From NCBI RefSeq assembly GCF_006345805.1, contig NC_043020.1, positions 23,064,001 through 23,128,000 on the forward strand: a stretch of 64,000 bases of DNA, given 5' to 3'. Within the stretch, counting starts at the first letter, position 1. The number at the start of each line of letters is the position of its first letter. The notes under the pieces are model-generated. The model searched no databases, was not told where the DNA came from, and saw nothing but the letters and a program-made list of their open reading frames with translations. Positions 24,130 through 37,215 of the stretch are shown in pieces. The DNA comes from Octopus sinensis (Eukaryota). The position numbers and the translations under genes were made by a program.

Positions 24130-24290
24130 AAGCACGGCTGTGGTATTATAGAAGCTCGTTTTGAATCTACGCGGTTCCGGGTTCAGTCTCACCCTGCGGC
24201 ACCAAGAAAGTGTCTTCGACTGTAGCTGCAGACCGACCAATGCCTGGCAGTAAATTTCGTAGTGGAAACTATAAGGAAGTATTTCGTATA
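24130..24290 (+). mobile_element. Diverged SINE-B 5' half
   Basis: GGCTGTGGT...GGTTCCGGGTTCAGTC...AGTGTCTTC...CGACCAATGCC. Confidence 0.6.
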
Positions 24291-24584
24291 TACATGCATA
24301 TCATTTCTCAGATTATTTCAAGTTTTCTTGCCAATAGAGAAAGAAACGGTTTCTAACCTCGATCCAAGGCTCCTTCATCGACATTTCAACATCAACCGAG
24401 TAATTTTGTATGAATGTATGTATATGTGCCGATTTTCATGTTTTGTTTTATGTATGTATTCTCATGCATATATTTGCACGTCTAGACATGCTCATATATA
24501 CTTAAATGATAAACCTCTAGAAAGTTTTACAGATTTTTACAGTTTCAGTGATGACTTGGATCAGCCTTCTCCTATCTTGTTTTG

Positions 24585-24776
24585 ACATCGCCGCTCACAC
24601 TGCGCTTCGCATTGTTTTAGCCTTCAAATGACGCTACCCCGCTGGATAAGGAAGCAGGCCAACATAAGAAAGAGCGAGAGAAAGTTGTGGCGAAAGAGTA
24701 CAGCAGGGATCGGCAGACGAAATACCGCTAAGCATTTCGCCCGGCGTGCTGACGATTCTGCCAGCTCGCCGCCTTG
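24585..24776 (-). mobile_element. Chimera: SINE-A head joined to SINE-C body
   Basis: Minus: GGCGGCGAGCTGGCAGAATCG...GGTATTTCGTCTGC|CG|ATCCCTGCTGTACTCTTTCGCCAC... Confidence 0.8.
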
Positions 24777-25144
24777 CGTCCGCTTATCTATTCTGGCTTT
24801 GGAAGTTTTATAGTCTAAAACTTGCACGAAACTTTACAGTTGCAAAAAGTTTTTACATATGCCAGTACGAGAAAGTTTTCTTTGTTAATAAAGTTACTTT
24901 TAGTATATTTCTCTGAACAAAAGAGAACATATCTGCTGAATTATGGAAACACGCTACCTTGACCTTTCCGTTAAGATTATCATCCATTCTAGAGAAATAC
25001 AACTAAAATGTCTTTGACACAAAAGGGAACATTTTATCAAAGAGTTGCGCTTTCTTTTGTTCAGGAAAGATGACGACGAAAACGCCAACGTGAGCGTCGG
25101 TTATTCTTTCAATACAAACAAACGACCGCCTCTAAACAATATTC

Positions 25145-25570
25145 TACAGCCATTCGGAGATGACCTTTTTCGGAATGATCAGTATTATTAAACTCAAAAA
25201 TACCAGAAACCAATTCCAGAAAGACTTAAAGAAAAATTGCTTCAATATCAATAAAAACAGTTTTGTACAATCTGATAAGGCAAAACATTGATTGGCCAAA
25301 CAAAACAACCAGACATTCCTATCTAACAGTAGTAGCACCATCTCATACAAAAAAAATATTACAGTGAATGTAAATGATACTCAATGCAGAAACGGTAAAA
25401 GATAGTAATTGATCTAGACATAATCGAGAGATTAAAAGCATTAGCTCAACAAAATTAGTGCTTTACATTTAAGGACCATAAGTCTAAATTTGTAAACAAT
25501 CTCTCATCTTGTAGACACATCAACGCCACCAAAACAAACGTCGGGATAATAAGTAAAGATATCGAGGCAA
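25145..25570 (+). pseudogene. Degenerate Penelope-like reverse transcriptase N-terminal fragment
   Basis: CFTFKDHKSKFVNNLSSCRHINATKTNVGIISKDI from 25459 matches the PLE motif CFITLKDHK.NF.NN..CRLINP.K..IG.ISK; upstream frames resemble F.DDLF.MI..IK. Confidence 0.75.
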
Positions 25571-25641
25571 GATCACTTTGGAATAAAGTTGGCCTTGGGT
25601 TTATCCTCTCCTCACCAAAAGAAAAGAACGTAAACAAACTA

Positions 25642-25930
25642 TTGGGTTGTCCGGAAAGTTCCTACCGATTTTTAAAGGAAAGAAAAAAGTCAATAAATAC
25701 TTGCCATTACATTTTAAATCAACTAAATATGAACCATTTTGTTGCACAATGCGTCTCGATCTTTCCTTTAACTTGAAAATACCCTCTTCTCAGAATTGAG
25801 GGGGTTTCATGGAAAATAATTCATCAAGGTATCTTTTTACGTCATCCAAGGAATTGAGATTTTTACCATTAAGACTATTCTGCAGAGACCTGAATAAGAG
25901 GAAATCAGAAGGAGCAATATCTGGGGCTCC
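25642..25930 (-). mobile_element. mariner (D,D34D) transposase C-terminus and 3' TIR
   Basis: Minus: PDIAPSDFLLFRSLQNSLNGKNLNSLDDVKRYLDE...EEGIFKLKER...IVQQNGSYLVD*; ends ...CAACCCAA|TA. Confidence 0.9.
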
Positions 25931-26007
25931 TTCGAAGAGACTGTCGATTAAAAATCCCCAATAGGTTGCGTTTCTCGAAGATCAGGGAGTCTCTTTAGGC
26001 CTTGTCG

Positions 26008-26405
26008 TTACTTCATATTTCTTTATTGCTCAGAAGGGGTGAAAGAAGGACAGTCAAAGGGATTAAGTCGATTGCATCGACCCCAGTGAGATGTAATCCG
26101 AAAGCATGAAGGTAAAGTCGACCTCGGCAGAATTTGAACTCAGAACGTAGCGGCAGACGAAATACCTTTTTCTATTTCTTTACCACCCACAAGGGGCTAA
26201 AGACAGAGAGGACAAACAAGGACAGACAAATGGATTAAGTCGATTATATCGACCCCAGTGCGTAACTGGTACTTATTTAATCGACCTCGAAAGGATGAAA
26301 GGCAAAGTCGACCTCGGCGGAATTTGAATTCAGAACGTAACGGCAGACGAAATACCGCGAAGCATTTCTCCCGGCGTGCTAACGTCTCTGCCAGCTCGCC
26401 GCCTT
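26008..26405 (-). mobile_element. SINE-A dimer (both units with Tx1-like tail)
   Basis: Junction AAAGAAATAGAAAAA-GGTATTTCGTCTGCCG at about 26166. Confidence 0.88.
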
Positions 26406-27399
26406 CTCGCTACTTCAGCGCCCTGAAAGGTTACGGTTTCTGTACTAGAGACATGTAATTAGGACGTCGCATTAAATAGTCGCAAACCAGATTCTTCAAA
26501 CCGTGCTAACCGGCAAGAAACATAGGAGTATACCAAGATAATATCTATCGTCTGTGGCGGCCACGCTTGGGAATCCATCCGGAAAATCTAATGAAGTTTT
26601 GTTTTTTTACACGACCACCATATGGAAGAGGTATCTGAAGACCCCAACCCCACGATTAGGAATAACGGGCGGAGAAGATGGATGGACTGTGGAGGACTGT
26701 TACTATTTCTAGCAACTAGGACGGGTGACAACGTGAAAATTTTCCTCATTGGCTTGAGCGGCGTTATGAGATAATCATAATCGAAAACCGGCAATTGTCG
26801 TGCGTTGATGACGTCAATACCCAGAAGCTGCAGTCTGTGCGTATCACTTAGGTTGACGAGGCAAGGATGGCTTCCCTTTGCAAATACCAATAGGGCACAG
26901 AAAGTGTGTCAATAGCCAGCTGGAGAAGATGTTCTCCTGGGGCTACAAGCTACAGTAACATCCACCCTTAGTGGTTAACCATATTTAGATGGCAAATATA
27001 CTTCACATTGTCGTGCAGTTACTGTCTATACCTCGTTCAGAGATAGTAAATAAATATCTCTTGAAATATCTGTTGAGAGCAGAAGATGAAGAAGGGGGAA
27101 TAGTTATTTATGTTTTGTTTTTGACTGGGGAGGATAATTAAAACCAAAAGCAACAACAACCACAAGAACAAAAATTACAACAACAACGAGGACGATGATG
27201 ATAACGAGAACAACAAAGTGATTAAAAGATGAAAATTAACAAAACAAATGGCGGCTTATGTAGTTTTATTGTGTTTGACAAAAGAATGACAAACTCTGAC
27301 AGATAAATTTTTTGACTTTTTTTGTTTTCCTTTTACGTCGGAAACACAAGATTTACTTTTTCGTTGTTACATATGATGTACAGATATAGCAACAACAAC

Positions 27400-27415
27400 A
27401 ACAACAACAGTAACA

Positions 27416-27490
<75 letters not shown>

Positions 27491-27730
27491 ACTACTACTG
27501 CTACTACTACTATAGCGTGCCAACGACAACTATGGAGTTTTGAAGTATTTGTGAATCAACGGTGTATCGCACGAATCACAGAATTCCAAGCACTGGAAAT
27601 ATTATACAAGAAAACAAAAAGAATTAATGCGATCATTGTTAGAATAAAGACAATGATAATAATAATAATAATGATAATAATAATAATAATAATAATAGTA
27701 ATAGTAATGATATTAATGATAATAATATTA

Positions 27731-27774
<44 letters not shown>

Positions 27775-27880
27775 TATTATTATCATTATTATTATTATTA
27801 TTAATATTATTATTAGTAATAATATTATTATTATCATTATTATTATCATTATTATTATTAGTAGTAGTAGTTGTAGTATC
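27400..27880. repeat. Compound trinucleotide microsatellites (AAC/TAC/TGC, AAT, ATT)
   Basis: Direct inspection. Confidence 0.95.
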
Positions 27881-28223
27881 TGTTGTTGTTTAGCTCATGG
27901 TCGACAATGAATAAACTCTGCGCCAGTGCTGACAAAATTACGTTAACCGTTGTAATCTGTGCATTTTCACATTTGTCGTCAATGCGAGACGATTTCTCGG
28001 GACGTTTACCACAGTATATATAATCACTAATTACTTCTCCTTCAATTTATTTCGCTACGGATTCATTTACGAAACAACGTTTCTGCTGCTAGCATGGACT
28101 AAAAACTTCTTATGATATTTTGAAATTGTAATAATGTCATTAATTTCTTAGTCATGATTAGCAAAAGAGAAACCCATTGGCTTTGCATATATTTTACTTC
28201 ATGGAAAAATATATATTCTTTCG

Positions 28224-28467
28224 CTCTTTTACTCTTTTACTTGTTTCAGTCATTTGACTGTGGCCATGCTGGAGCATCGCCTTTAGTTGATCGAGCAAAT
28301 CGACTCCAGGACTTATTCTTTGTAAGCCTAGTACTTATTCTATCGGTCTCTTTTGCCGAACCGCTAACTTACGGGGACAGAAACACGCTAGCATCGGTTG
28401 TCAAGCGATGCTGGTGCGACAAACACAGACACACAAACACAGACACACATACACACATACACACATA

Positions 28468-28529
<62 letters not shown>

Positions 28530-28690
28530 CGACGGACTTCTTTCAGTTTCCGTCTACCAAATCCACTCACAAGGCTTTGGTCGGCCCGGGACTATAGTAG
28601 AAGACACTTGCCCAAGGTGCCACGCAGCGGGACTGAACCCGGAACCATGTAGTTGGTAAGCAAGCTACTTACCACACAGCAACTCCTGCG
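28224..28690 (-). mobile_element. SINE-B, full length
   Basis: Reverse complement of the 15864..16326 architecture with internal (CA)n. Confidence 0.9.
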
Positions 28691-29194
28691 CAAGTATAGT
28701 GGATGTTTATCCCTATTCTGGCTATGATGGAGCAAGCTTTTGCTCAAATGTGCTGCGGTCATAGATATACCCGTATCTTAATGCTTATATGAGAAGGGTA
28801 AACTTTTGCAATGCAGAAACTCGAAAACTGCACGGATTTCAGATATGAAGAATTTGCACAAGGAACATCTAGATTACGTTTATAATTTACATATTTCTCA
28901 CGCTGGAATATTAATGCTTGATTGAATTGCATAGTGCAGAGCAGATTAATGTCAAATTGAACACATAACTGATGTCAAACTTTAACATCGCAATAATATT
29001 ATACGTAAATAATATCATACTTGAATAATTATATGCAAATCAGCCAAACGATGGGGTATTTACCTTGTCGTTCGTCGTTCTAGAATTAGCAGTCACAGAT
29101 GTTCTTCAAAATCATCTCATTCTCTTTTAAAATGGGAAGGCTCAGCAATAGAAAAGCCAACGAACATGAGCGTTGATGTACAAAAACGAAAATA

Positions 29195-29550
29195 TCTTTT
29201 ATCTTTTACTTGGTTCAGTCATTAGACTGCGGTCATGCTGGGGCATCGCCTTAAAGTATTTCTAGTCGAATGAATCGACCCTAGGATTTACTATTTAGTT
29301 TTTAATCCTAGTATTATTCTATCGGCTTCTTTTGCAAAATCGCTTTGTTACGGTGACGTAAACACACCATCACCGGTTGTCAAGCGGTGGTGGAGGACAC
29401 ACACACACACACACATACATATGCGACGGGTTTCTTTCAGTTTCCGTCTACCAAATCCACTCACAAGGCTTTGGTCGGTCCAAGGCTATAATAGAAGACA
29501 CTTTCCCAAGGTGACACGCAGAAGGACCGAAACTGGAACCATGTGTTTCA
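29195..29550 (-). mobile_element. SINE-B, diverged
   Basis: Same blocks as other SINE-B copies; an isolated head also lies at 29835..29915 (+). Confidence 0.8.
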
Positions 29551-30780
29551 GAAAAAAGCACATCCACGTCTGCTCATAACAGTAAAGTGTTTGAATATAG
29601 ATTTGTTTGTGCAGAGCAATCGATAACTTGCGACTATTTATGTGGTAGTGATAGACGATAACACACATATGGGATTTTAAGATGGATTTATCGAATTCTT
29701 ACAAAGAGAGACACATCTTGTGAGACAGTAGAGGACGTTTGGAGTCACGGATAGCAGTAGTCGAAGAAGGTCGTGATAGTACATAGCTTTTAACCTCCCC
29801 TTTCGTAAAAATCATATCTCCGAAACTCAAAGGGGAGCAGGAGTGGCTGTGTGATAAGAAGCTTTCTTCCCAACCACATGGTTCCGGGTTCAGTCCCACT
29901 GCGTGGTACCTTGGGTATCCTACATGTCGTTAAATACGGTAAATATGGGCGTTACTGATTAAATCTATGCTTGAGAGAGAAAACGAGAAAAGTTATCTGT
30001 CTTGATAGGCGTAAGTCAGTTTGGCAACCAAATTCAGAAAGAACAGAATACGTATGAAGAGAAGTGTACAGTAAAGAAAGGATTCAGAGCGGGAGGAAAA
30101 GGGAAGGAACAAAAGGAGATTGAGAGCGAGCTAGAGAGGTATAGACATACGTATAGGAAGAAAGGAGTTCCGTAGCAGCCATTTTGTTAGGCAGATTTCG
30201 ACTGCGAATCATTCCGTGCGTACCTACATCTGATGAGTGGGAACCATTAATAATATAAACTTTACATGAAACTCCGATTCATGGGAATCGTTTGCTATTG
30301 CGATCGCCATTGCAGTAGATTATACACCGTCACTATACAGTCGATTACTTACTGGGTTTTGACTAACTCACATACAGACACACATACACATATATGTACG
30401 TGTGTGTATGTGTGTTTGTGCGTGTATTTGAAAAAAAAAATTGCAAAAATTTGTAGTGTAATTTTCTTAAGTCCAAAATTATTAATTATATAAATAAACT
30501 CTTTAAACAATAACATAGCACCACACGAACTTTTTGTAAGTAAGTTTTTTTAGAAATGTGTTGATGCATAATCTCTGTTGCAGTTCTTGTTAAAGTAAAA
30601 TTTCACCCCTCCCCATATGCATATATATGTGTGTGTGAATGTCTATATCTATGTACGTATATATGTATGAATGTATCTATCTATCTATGTATATATATGC
30701 ATTTATATACATATATGTATATGTGCATATATATACATAAATAGATATATGCATATATATATACATATATCTATATGTAT

Positions 30781-30813
<33 letters not shown>

Positions 30814-31054
30814 GCATATATAAACATATATATATATATATGCATAGAAATACATATATATATATATATATATGCATATATAACATATATATATATATAT
30901 ATATGCATATATAACATATATATATATGCATATATAACATATATATATATGCATATATAACATATATATATACATATATATAATATATATATATATATGT
31001 ATATATATATCTACATATATGCATATATCTATTTAACTATCCCCCCTCTCTCTC

Positions 31055-31096
<42 letters not shown>

Positions 31097-31208
31097 CGCA
31101 TACATATCCTTATGTATATATCTATGAGTTTGTGCGTGTGTATGCATGAGTGTGCGAACTTGTGCTTGAATATACACGGACCTAGCGTTATACATGTAAC
31201 ATGTGTGT

Positions 31209-31249
<41 letters not shown>

Positions 31250-31905
31250 TGAATATATGCATAGCAGCATTTGAATTTTTTTTTCAAAACAATTCGTTCA
31301 ATATATGTGTGAATGCATAAACATGAAGGTGGATATACTTGCATACACAAAAACACAAACCGATATATTGTTATTGATAAGTTGTTTACGGACTCTGTGA
31401 CCTCCCAAATATACGTCTCTATTATGCTGATCGATAACTCAGTCCGCTTCTTTCTCTCCCTCAGCTTCTTTCCATCGCCAACATCATCACTCTCTCCATC
31501 TCAAGTCTTTGGTGTTTCTTTGTATCTCTTCATTTCCCTTCAAATTATTTTCGTCCATCGCAGTTCCACGAGCAAATTCTTAACATTTTTTTTTTACGTT
31601 TCGGTACACAAAGGATATGGAAAAATATTTTTGTTCTCTTTACTTGTAGAACGATGTGAGCAGTTGCAAATTTAAATTCTTCCTGCTCCCAACAGCATAG
31701 AAACAGGGCTAAGAAAAAAATAACTTATATTTGGCGTATGTATGTATGTATGTATGTATGTATGGATGGATGGATGGACGGATGGATGGATGGATGTGAT
31801 ATACGTATATGTATATATATTATGTATATATATACATATATGTATATGCGTATATATATATATGTATATATGTGTGTGTGTACATGTATATATATATGTA
31901 TATGC

Positions 31906-31944
<39 letters not shown>

Positions 31945-31990
31945 CATATATATGTACGTATATGTATATATATGTGAGTGTATTAGTATG

Positions 31991-32030
<40 letters not shown>

Positions 32031-32413
32031 AGTGTGTGTGTGTGCGTTTGTGAGTACGTTGGTACGCAGATGTTTCTCTGTTGTGTGTATGTGTGTCCGT
32101 GCGATCCGTGTGTGTATGTGTAATTGTGTGTGTGTAAACCCATACATGCACATACATTTATATGCCGTGGTTATAAAACAAAATACAGAAGCGAATTAAA
32201 ATTAAAACGATCCTTTTCGTCCTGTGTTCAAATTCCATCGATGCTAATATTTACTTTTTTCTCATCAGAGGCCCATAGAAAGGAATACATGTTTAGAACC
32301 GGAGGTCGATTTTCACGACTTTACCCACTCATATCCAAAAGTCTGGGTACCTCCCTACCTTTACTATTGCGGGTTACTTGATAAAATTACGGTAAATACA
32401 AGTATGAAAGTAT

Positions 32414-32808
32414 GAAGGCGGCGAGCTGGCAGAGACGTTAGCACGCCGGGCGAAATGCGTAGCCGTATTTCATCTGCCGTCAAGTTCTGAGTTCAAATTC
32501 CGCCGAGGTCGACTTTGCCCTTCATCCTTTTGGGGTCGAGAAATTAAGTACCAGTTACGCACTGGGGGTCGATGTAATCGACTTAATCCGTTTAATCGCT
32601 TGTTCTCTCTGTGTTTAGCCCCTTGTGAGTAGTAAAGAAATATGTATTTCGTCTGTCTTTACGTTCTGAGTTCAAATTCCACTGAGGTCGACTTTGCCGT
32701 TCATCCTTTCGGGGTCGATAAATTAAGTACCTGTGAAACACTGGGGTCGCTGTTATTGACTAGTCCCCTCCCCACAAATTTCAGGCCTTGTGCTTTTAGT
32801 GGAAAGGG

Positions 32809-32812
<4 letters not shown>
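32414..32812 (+). mobile_element. SINE-A composite: head-body-Tx1 tail-duplicated target-body-old tail
   Basis: Junction AAAGAAATA-TGTATTTCGTCTGTC at about 32643; second unit ends CCCCTCCCCACAAATTTCAGGCCTTGTGC. Confidence 0.9.
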
Positions 32813-32849
<37 letters not shown>

Positions 32850-33403
32850 GAGTGAGAGAGCAGTTCATGCCATCAAAGTGACACAGGGGTAAAATATACG
32901 AAGCCCAATATACCCATCATGACTACCCGTCTGATAAAGGTACACCAGGCACATGCATCACAACCATATGTGCGCGACATGGTGATCTCATATCAAGATA
33001 AACAGCATATGACCTTGCAGGTGGGGCCCAGTTAGAATTTTCTTCAGGTTGAGTAGCCCATCCCGCTCAAAAGGTCCCTGAATAAGGATTGTTTAAGGAT
33101 GTTGAAAGAACCACCTGTGTTTCCAGAGGTGAATTATTCAAACCCCAAAGAATCCCTCTCAACACATGGCTATGATGCTCCCCCACTACTTCTGCTCGTG
33201 ATCAGAGATGCACATATCGTCAGCCACTAAGGGACATGCTCAACTGGTTAAGGTCAAACAACTGACAAGCAAATCTGTGGTATTGAGCAGAATATTTGCT
33301 GTAGCCCATCTTTTATACCAAGACAAAACAATGTACATGATAACACTTCCAATCAATTAAGATCAGAAGCCATGAGAGCCACTGCCTGGTACTGCATCAG
33401 GGC

Positions 33404-33405
<2 letters not shown>
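32850..33405. repeat. Unclassified 555-bp insert between two (ATT)n tracts, probably an interspersed repeat
   Basis: Complex sequence flanked by (ATT)n on both sides; only one copy in the window, no ORF or TIR recognised. Confidence 0.4.
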
Positions 33406-33436
<31 letters not shown>

Positions 33437-33437
<1 letters not shown>

Positions 33438-34085
33438 GGCGGTGAGCTGGCAGAAATGTTAGCACGCCGAGCGAAATGCGTAGCCGTATTTCGTCCACCG
33501 TTCCGTTCTGAGTTCAAATTCCGCCGAGGCCGACTTTGCCTTTCATCCTTTCGGGGTCGATAAATTAAGTACCAGTTACACACTGGGGTCGATATAATCG
33601 ACTTAATCCCTTTGTTTGTCCTTGTTTGTTCCCTCTGTGTTTAGCCCCTTGTGAATAGTAAAGAAATAGGTATTTCGTCTGTCTTTGCGTTCTGTGTATA
33701 AATCCCGCCAAGGTAGACTTTACCTTTCTTCCTATGGAGCTGGATAAAATTAGTTGAGCACTGGAGGGGGAAGGGGGCACCAGGGGTGTGTGCGATGACA
33801 TTAACTAACCCTTTCTCCTAAAATTTCAGGCCCTATGCCTATAGCAGAAAGGAATATGACATACCTGAAGGCTGCGAGGTGGTGGAATCGATAGCGTACC
33901 GGATGAAAATGCTAATCGGCATTTCTTTCAGCTTTACGTTCTGCGTTCAGATTCCACCCTTTCATCCTCTTGTGGCCGATAAAGTTAGTACCAGTTGTAT
34001 ATTAGTGTCGATGTAATCAATTAGTTTCCTTCCCACAAATTTCAAGCTTTGTGCTTATAGTAGAAAGAAAGAAAGAAAGAAAAAA
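33437..34085 (+). mobile_element. SINE-A composite (33437..33858) followed by an older old-tail monomer (33868..34085)
   Basis: Junction AAAGAAATA-GGTATTTCGTCTGTC at about 33669. Confidence 0.87.
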
Positions 34086-34094
34086 ATTCGACAA

Positions 34095-34668
34095 ATATAA
34101 TTCTAGGTTCAATCTCACTGCGTGGCACCTTAGGCAAGTGTTGTCTGCTATAGCCTGGAGCTGACAAAAGCCTTGTGAGTGGATTTGGTAGACAGAAACT
34201 GAAAGAAGCCCGTCGTATATATATATATATATAGGGAGAGTTTACGAAAAAAAAAAACAAAAGACGAAGACAGGTTGTGTACAAAACAAACAGATGTATT
34301 AGTATAACGCTCAGGAATAGAAAAAGTCTTTTACGTTTCGATCCTACGCTCTTCTACAGAAAGGGACAGAAAGGGACACAGAAAAAACAAGGAGAGAAAC
34401 AAGGAGAGAAAAAAAGGAGAGAAGAAATGTGTGTAGTGGCTAACGATATGTATGTATATATTTGTGTGTCTGTGTTTGTCCTCCCACCATCACTTGACAA
34501 CCGACGCTGGTGTGCTTACACCCCCGTAACTTAGTGGTTCGGCAAAAGAGATCGCTAGAATCAGTACTAGACTTACACAGAATAAGTCATAGAGTCGATT
34601 TGTTCGAGTAAAGGCGGTGCTCCAGCATGGCCGCAGTCAAATGACTGAAACAAGTGAATGCGGAAAAG
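34095..34668 (+). mobile_element. SINE-B with a PLE terminal-repeat fragment (34233..34425, minus) in its internal microsatellite
   Basis: SINE-B blocks either side; insert carries CTTT-CTGTAGA-A-GAGC-gtag-GATC-GAAAC-GTA-AAAG at 34328..34363 (-). Confidence 0.82.
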
Positions 34669-35204
34669 AGTAAGTATTACGCAATGTTTAAAGAATGAAG
34701 AGAGGAAATTATGATATGCAAATATTGGAGAAATTTCTGAAGTATCTATTATAGAAGAATTTAAAATATTCTATGTAGAAGCCAAAATATGCGTAAGCTA
34801 TAATTGCTTTAAGAACCATATATATTCAACTAACATTGCGTTTTAGAAATGGTTTCGGTTTTTATCATGCAAATGTAACATTTGTAAAAAGATTTCAATT
34901 TTCAAATAATTCAGAAGATTTTTAAAGTGGTTATTCATTTGGAGTTATGATTTAATAACGTGGTTTGTTTGGCAGAATTGTAGGAGCGCCGTGCGGTAAG
35001 ATCTTTGCTTGCGAATCTTTATTACTGTGTTCAAATACTGCAGAGGTCAGCTTTGTTTTTCATCCTTTCGCGATCGATGAGGTTTAAAGCCCAAGTTGGA
35101 GGTTGATGGTATAGACGTTTCTCTCTGCCACCAAAGTTGGTGTCAATGTGCCTAAATAAGAAACCATTATGCAAATATAATATTTGTACAACATTTCGAT
35201 ACAT

Positions 35205-35575
35205 CGTTTCAGTCGTTTGACAGCGGCCATGATGGAGCACCGCTTTGAAGGGTTTTAGGACTTACTTTTTATTTTAAGCCTAGTACTTATGCTATCGGTC
35301 TCTTTTGTCGAACTGCTAATTTATGGGGAAGTAAACACACCAGCACCTGTTGTCAAGTGGCAATGGGGAGACAGACACAAAGACACCCCCCACACTCACA
35401 CACACACACGACCGACTTTTTTCAGTTTCCGTCTATCAAATCCACCCACAAAGTTTTGGTTGGCCCCAGGCTATAATATAAGACTTGCCCAAGATGCTAA
35501 GCAGTGGGACTGAGCGCAAAACCAACTGGTTGGGAAGCAAGCTTCTTACCATACAGCCACGCCTGTGCCTATATA
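35205..35575 (-). mobile_element. SINE-B, diverged
   Basis: Tail, short CA tract, CORE-like block and head recognisable. Confidence 0.8.
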
Positions 35576-35682
35576 TATATATATATACATATATAGGCAC
35601 AATGAGTTGCTATTATCTATAGGCTGAAACAGCTGTAAAGGATTTTAATAATTTATATTCATGTTTTTAATAACTGTTTGTA

Positions 35683-36570
35683 TTCTTATCCCAGAAGCGA
35701 CCAAATATCAAGTCCTGGTGGGATCTTAGGGATGCAGACACGTGCTGTACGTTTCTCTATGTGGGAGGTGTGCATAATGACTTTGCTGGTTTTGCAACAG
35801 GTCACTGAACGTTTCATAGCGAGGGTTTCTAACTTAAACAGCACGGAAATGGCGCCATATTGTTTGCCCTCGCTATGTACTCGATGTTATTTCTGACGCA
35901 TCTCAGCACCGCCTCAATATCTACTGGAGCTATTTAAAGCCGCTCATTTCGTGTCAGCTGGAATGCATCTGAAAAGCACCGTTCTCCACTGCTTCAATTG
36001 CCTCTGACGGAAATAGTTAGACTGGCCCACCTTTTCTCTTGTTTAATTAGTTTCCATGCTTGCGTTAGAATCTGTTCCCTATTTGTGAGGTCCACTGTAA
36101 AGCGTTGTTTCTTCTTTGCTGCTGCTGCGAATGGGCTTTTGCTGTTGGTAGTGTTCTCGTTGTTGTTGTTGCTGCTACTACCGCCGTTGTGGTTGTCGTT
36201 GTTCTTGTCGATGTTCCTGGTATTGGATTAATTGTTGTTGCTGTTGTCACTTTTGCTCTCGTTGTTGCTATCACTACTGACGCTGCAGTTGCTGTCTTTT
36301 TCGTGGTCGTTCTTGCTGTCACTACTACTACTGCTGCGGCTGCTGCTGTCACTATTGCAGTTGCTGTTGTCGTTGCTACCGCTGATGCTGTTTCTGCTAC
36401 TGTTGTTCTTACTGTTAGGTGGACTTTGTACCGGGACAGTCTTGTTTTTCTCCTCCTCTTCTTCCCCCGTATTGTTGCCAGTAACGGGTGGTGGTGAGAA
36501 TTTTTAGCTGTTGTCATGTTCGTAGGAGGAGTTGTTTTATCTTTCCTCAACTCTTTCAAGACGCGTTACG
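35683..36570 (-). pseudogene. Degenerate ORF1 5' part of a third Tx1-lineage LINE
   Basis: Joining two frames gives IEAVLRCVRNNIEYIA/RGKQYGAISVLFKLETLAM...SHIEKRTARVCIPKIPPGLD, aligning with element-1 LEIALKPIWAQKSYVTKGKRFGTVEVRF...THLGRRVTKIKIDLVPPELN; preceded by S/N/T-rich low complexity. Confidence 0.62.
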
Positions 36571-36822
36571 CCATTTTGTTGTGTTATATTTGATTCAATT
36601 AAGTTAAACGCTCACCGAAATTATTTGGTGAGATGAATATGGCCACTCTAGGGGCTAAACAACCATAGAAAACCAGTTACAGGTTCCTGGTGTTTCTATT
36701 AACAACTTAGAATGAAATGAATATTGTAAAACAACACCAATCCTGGTGTAAATAAATATTTTGAACTGAATTTACTTGGAGCGTTCGAAAACACTTCCGA
36801 TGTATTTCGCAGCAAATATGCA

Positions 36823-36874
<52 letters not shown>

Positions 36875-36875
36875 T

Positions 36876-36918
<43 letters not shown>

Positions 36919-36920
<2 letters not shown>

Positions 36921-37163
36921 GAGAATACTAAAAAATGAACCCGACCGCTCTCGAAAATTAATTCAAGAAAACGGAAAAATAATCCAGAATCCTTGTCCGA
37001 TATCGGATCGATCCCAAAATCTAATCCGTTCGTGCCATTCACGAGGCTACACATCCCTGGAAGTTTCAACCGAATCCATACAGCGGTTCTTCAGGTCTCT
37101 CTTGTCTACGGACAAACAAACAAGCACGACTGAAAATAATACCTCCATCTTCGCTAAGGCGGA

Positions 37164-37168
<5 letters not shown>
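36919..37168 (-). mobile_element. Non-autonomous Helentron/HINE-like element in (AAT)n
   Basis: Minus starts ATTACCTCCGCC-ttagcgaagat-GGAGGTATTATTTTC (terminal short inverted repeat), then GTTTGTTTGTCC and GGATCGATCCGATATCGGA palindromic motif typical of HINEs. Confidence 0.65.

Positions 37169-37215
<47 letters not shown>

Noticed and set aside
26680-26910. SAM domain (WTVED...IGHRK) or Gypsy protease remnant
   Set aside because: Motif spacing is wrong, frames differ and stops intervene.
30222-30285. Hammerhead at CAT-CTGATGA...GAAAC
   Set aside because: Stem II does not close next to GAAA and the cleavage triplet cannot pair; too degenerate to call.
36065-36559. Mucin-like or membrane protein from T/A/V-rich ORFs
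   Set aside because: Trinucleotide low complexity directly upstream of a decayed Tx1 ORF1; better explained as its leader.
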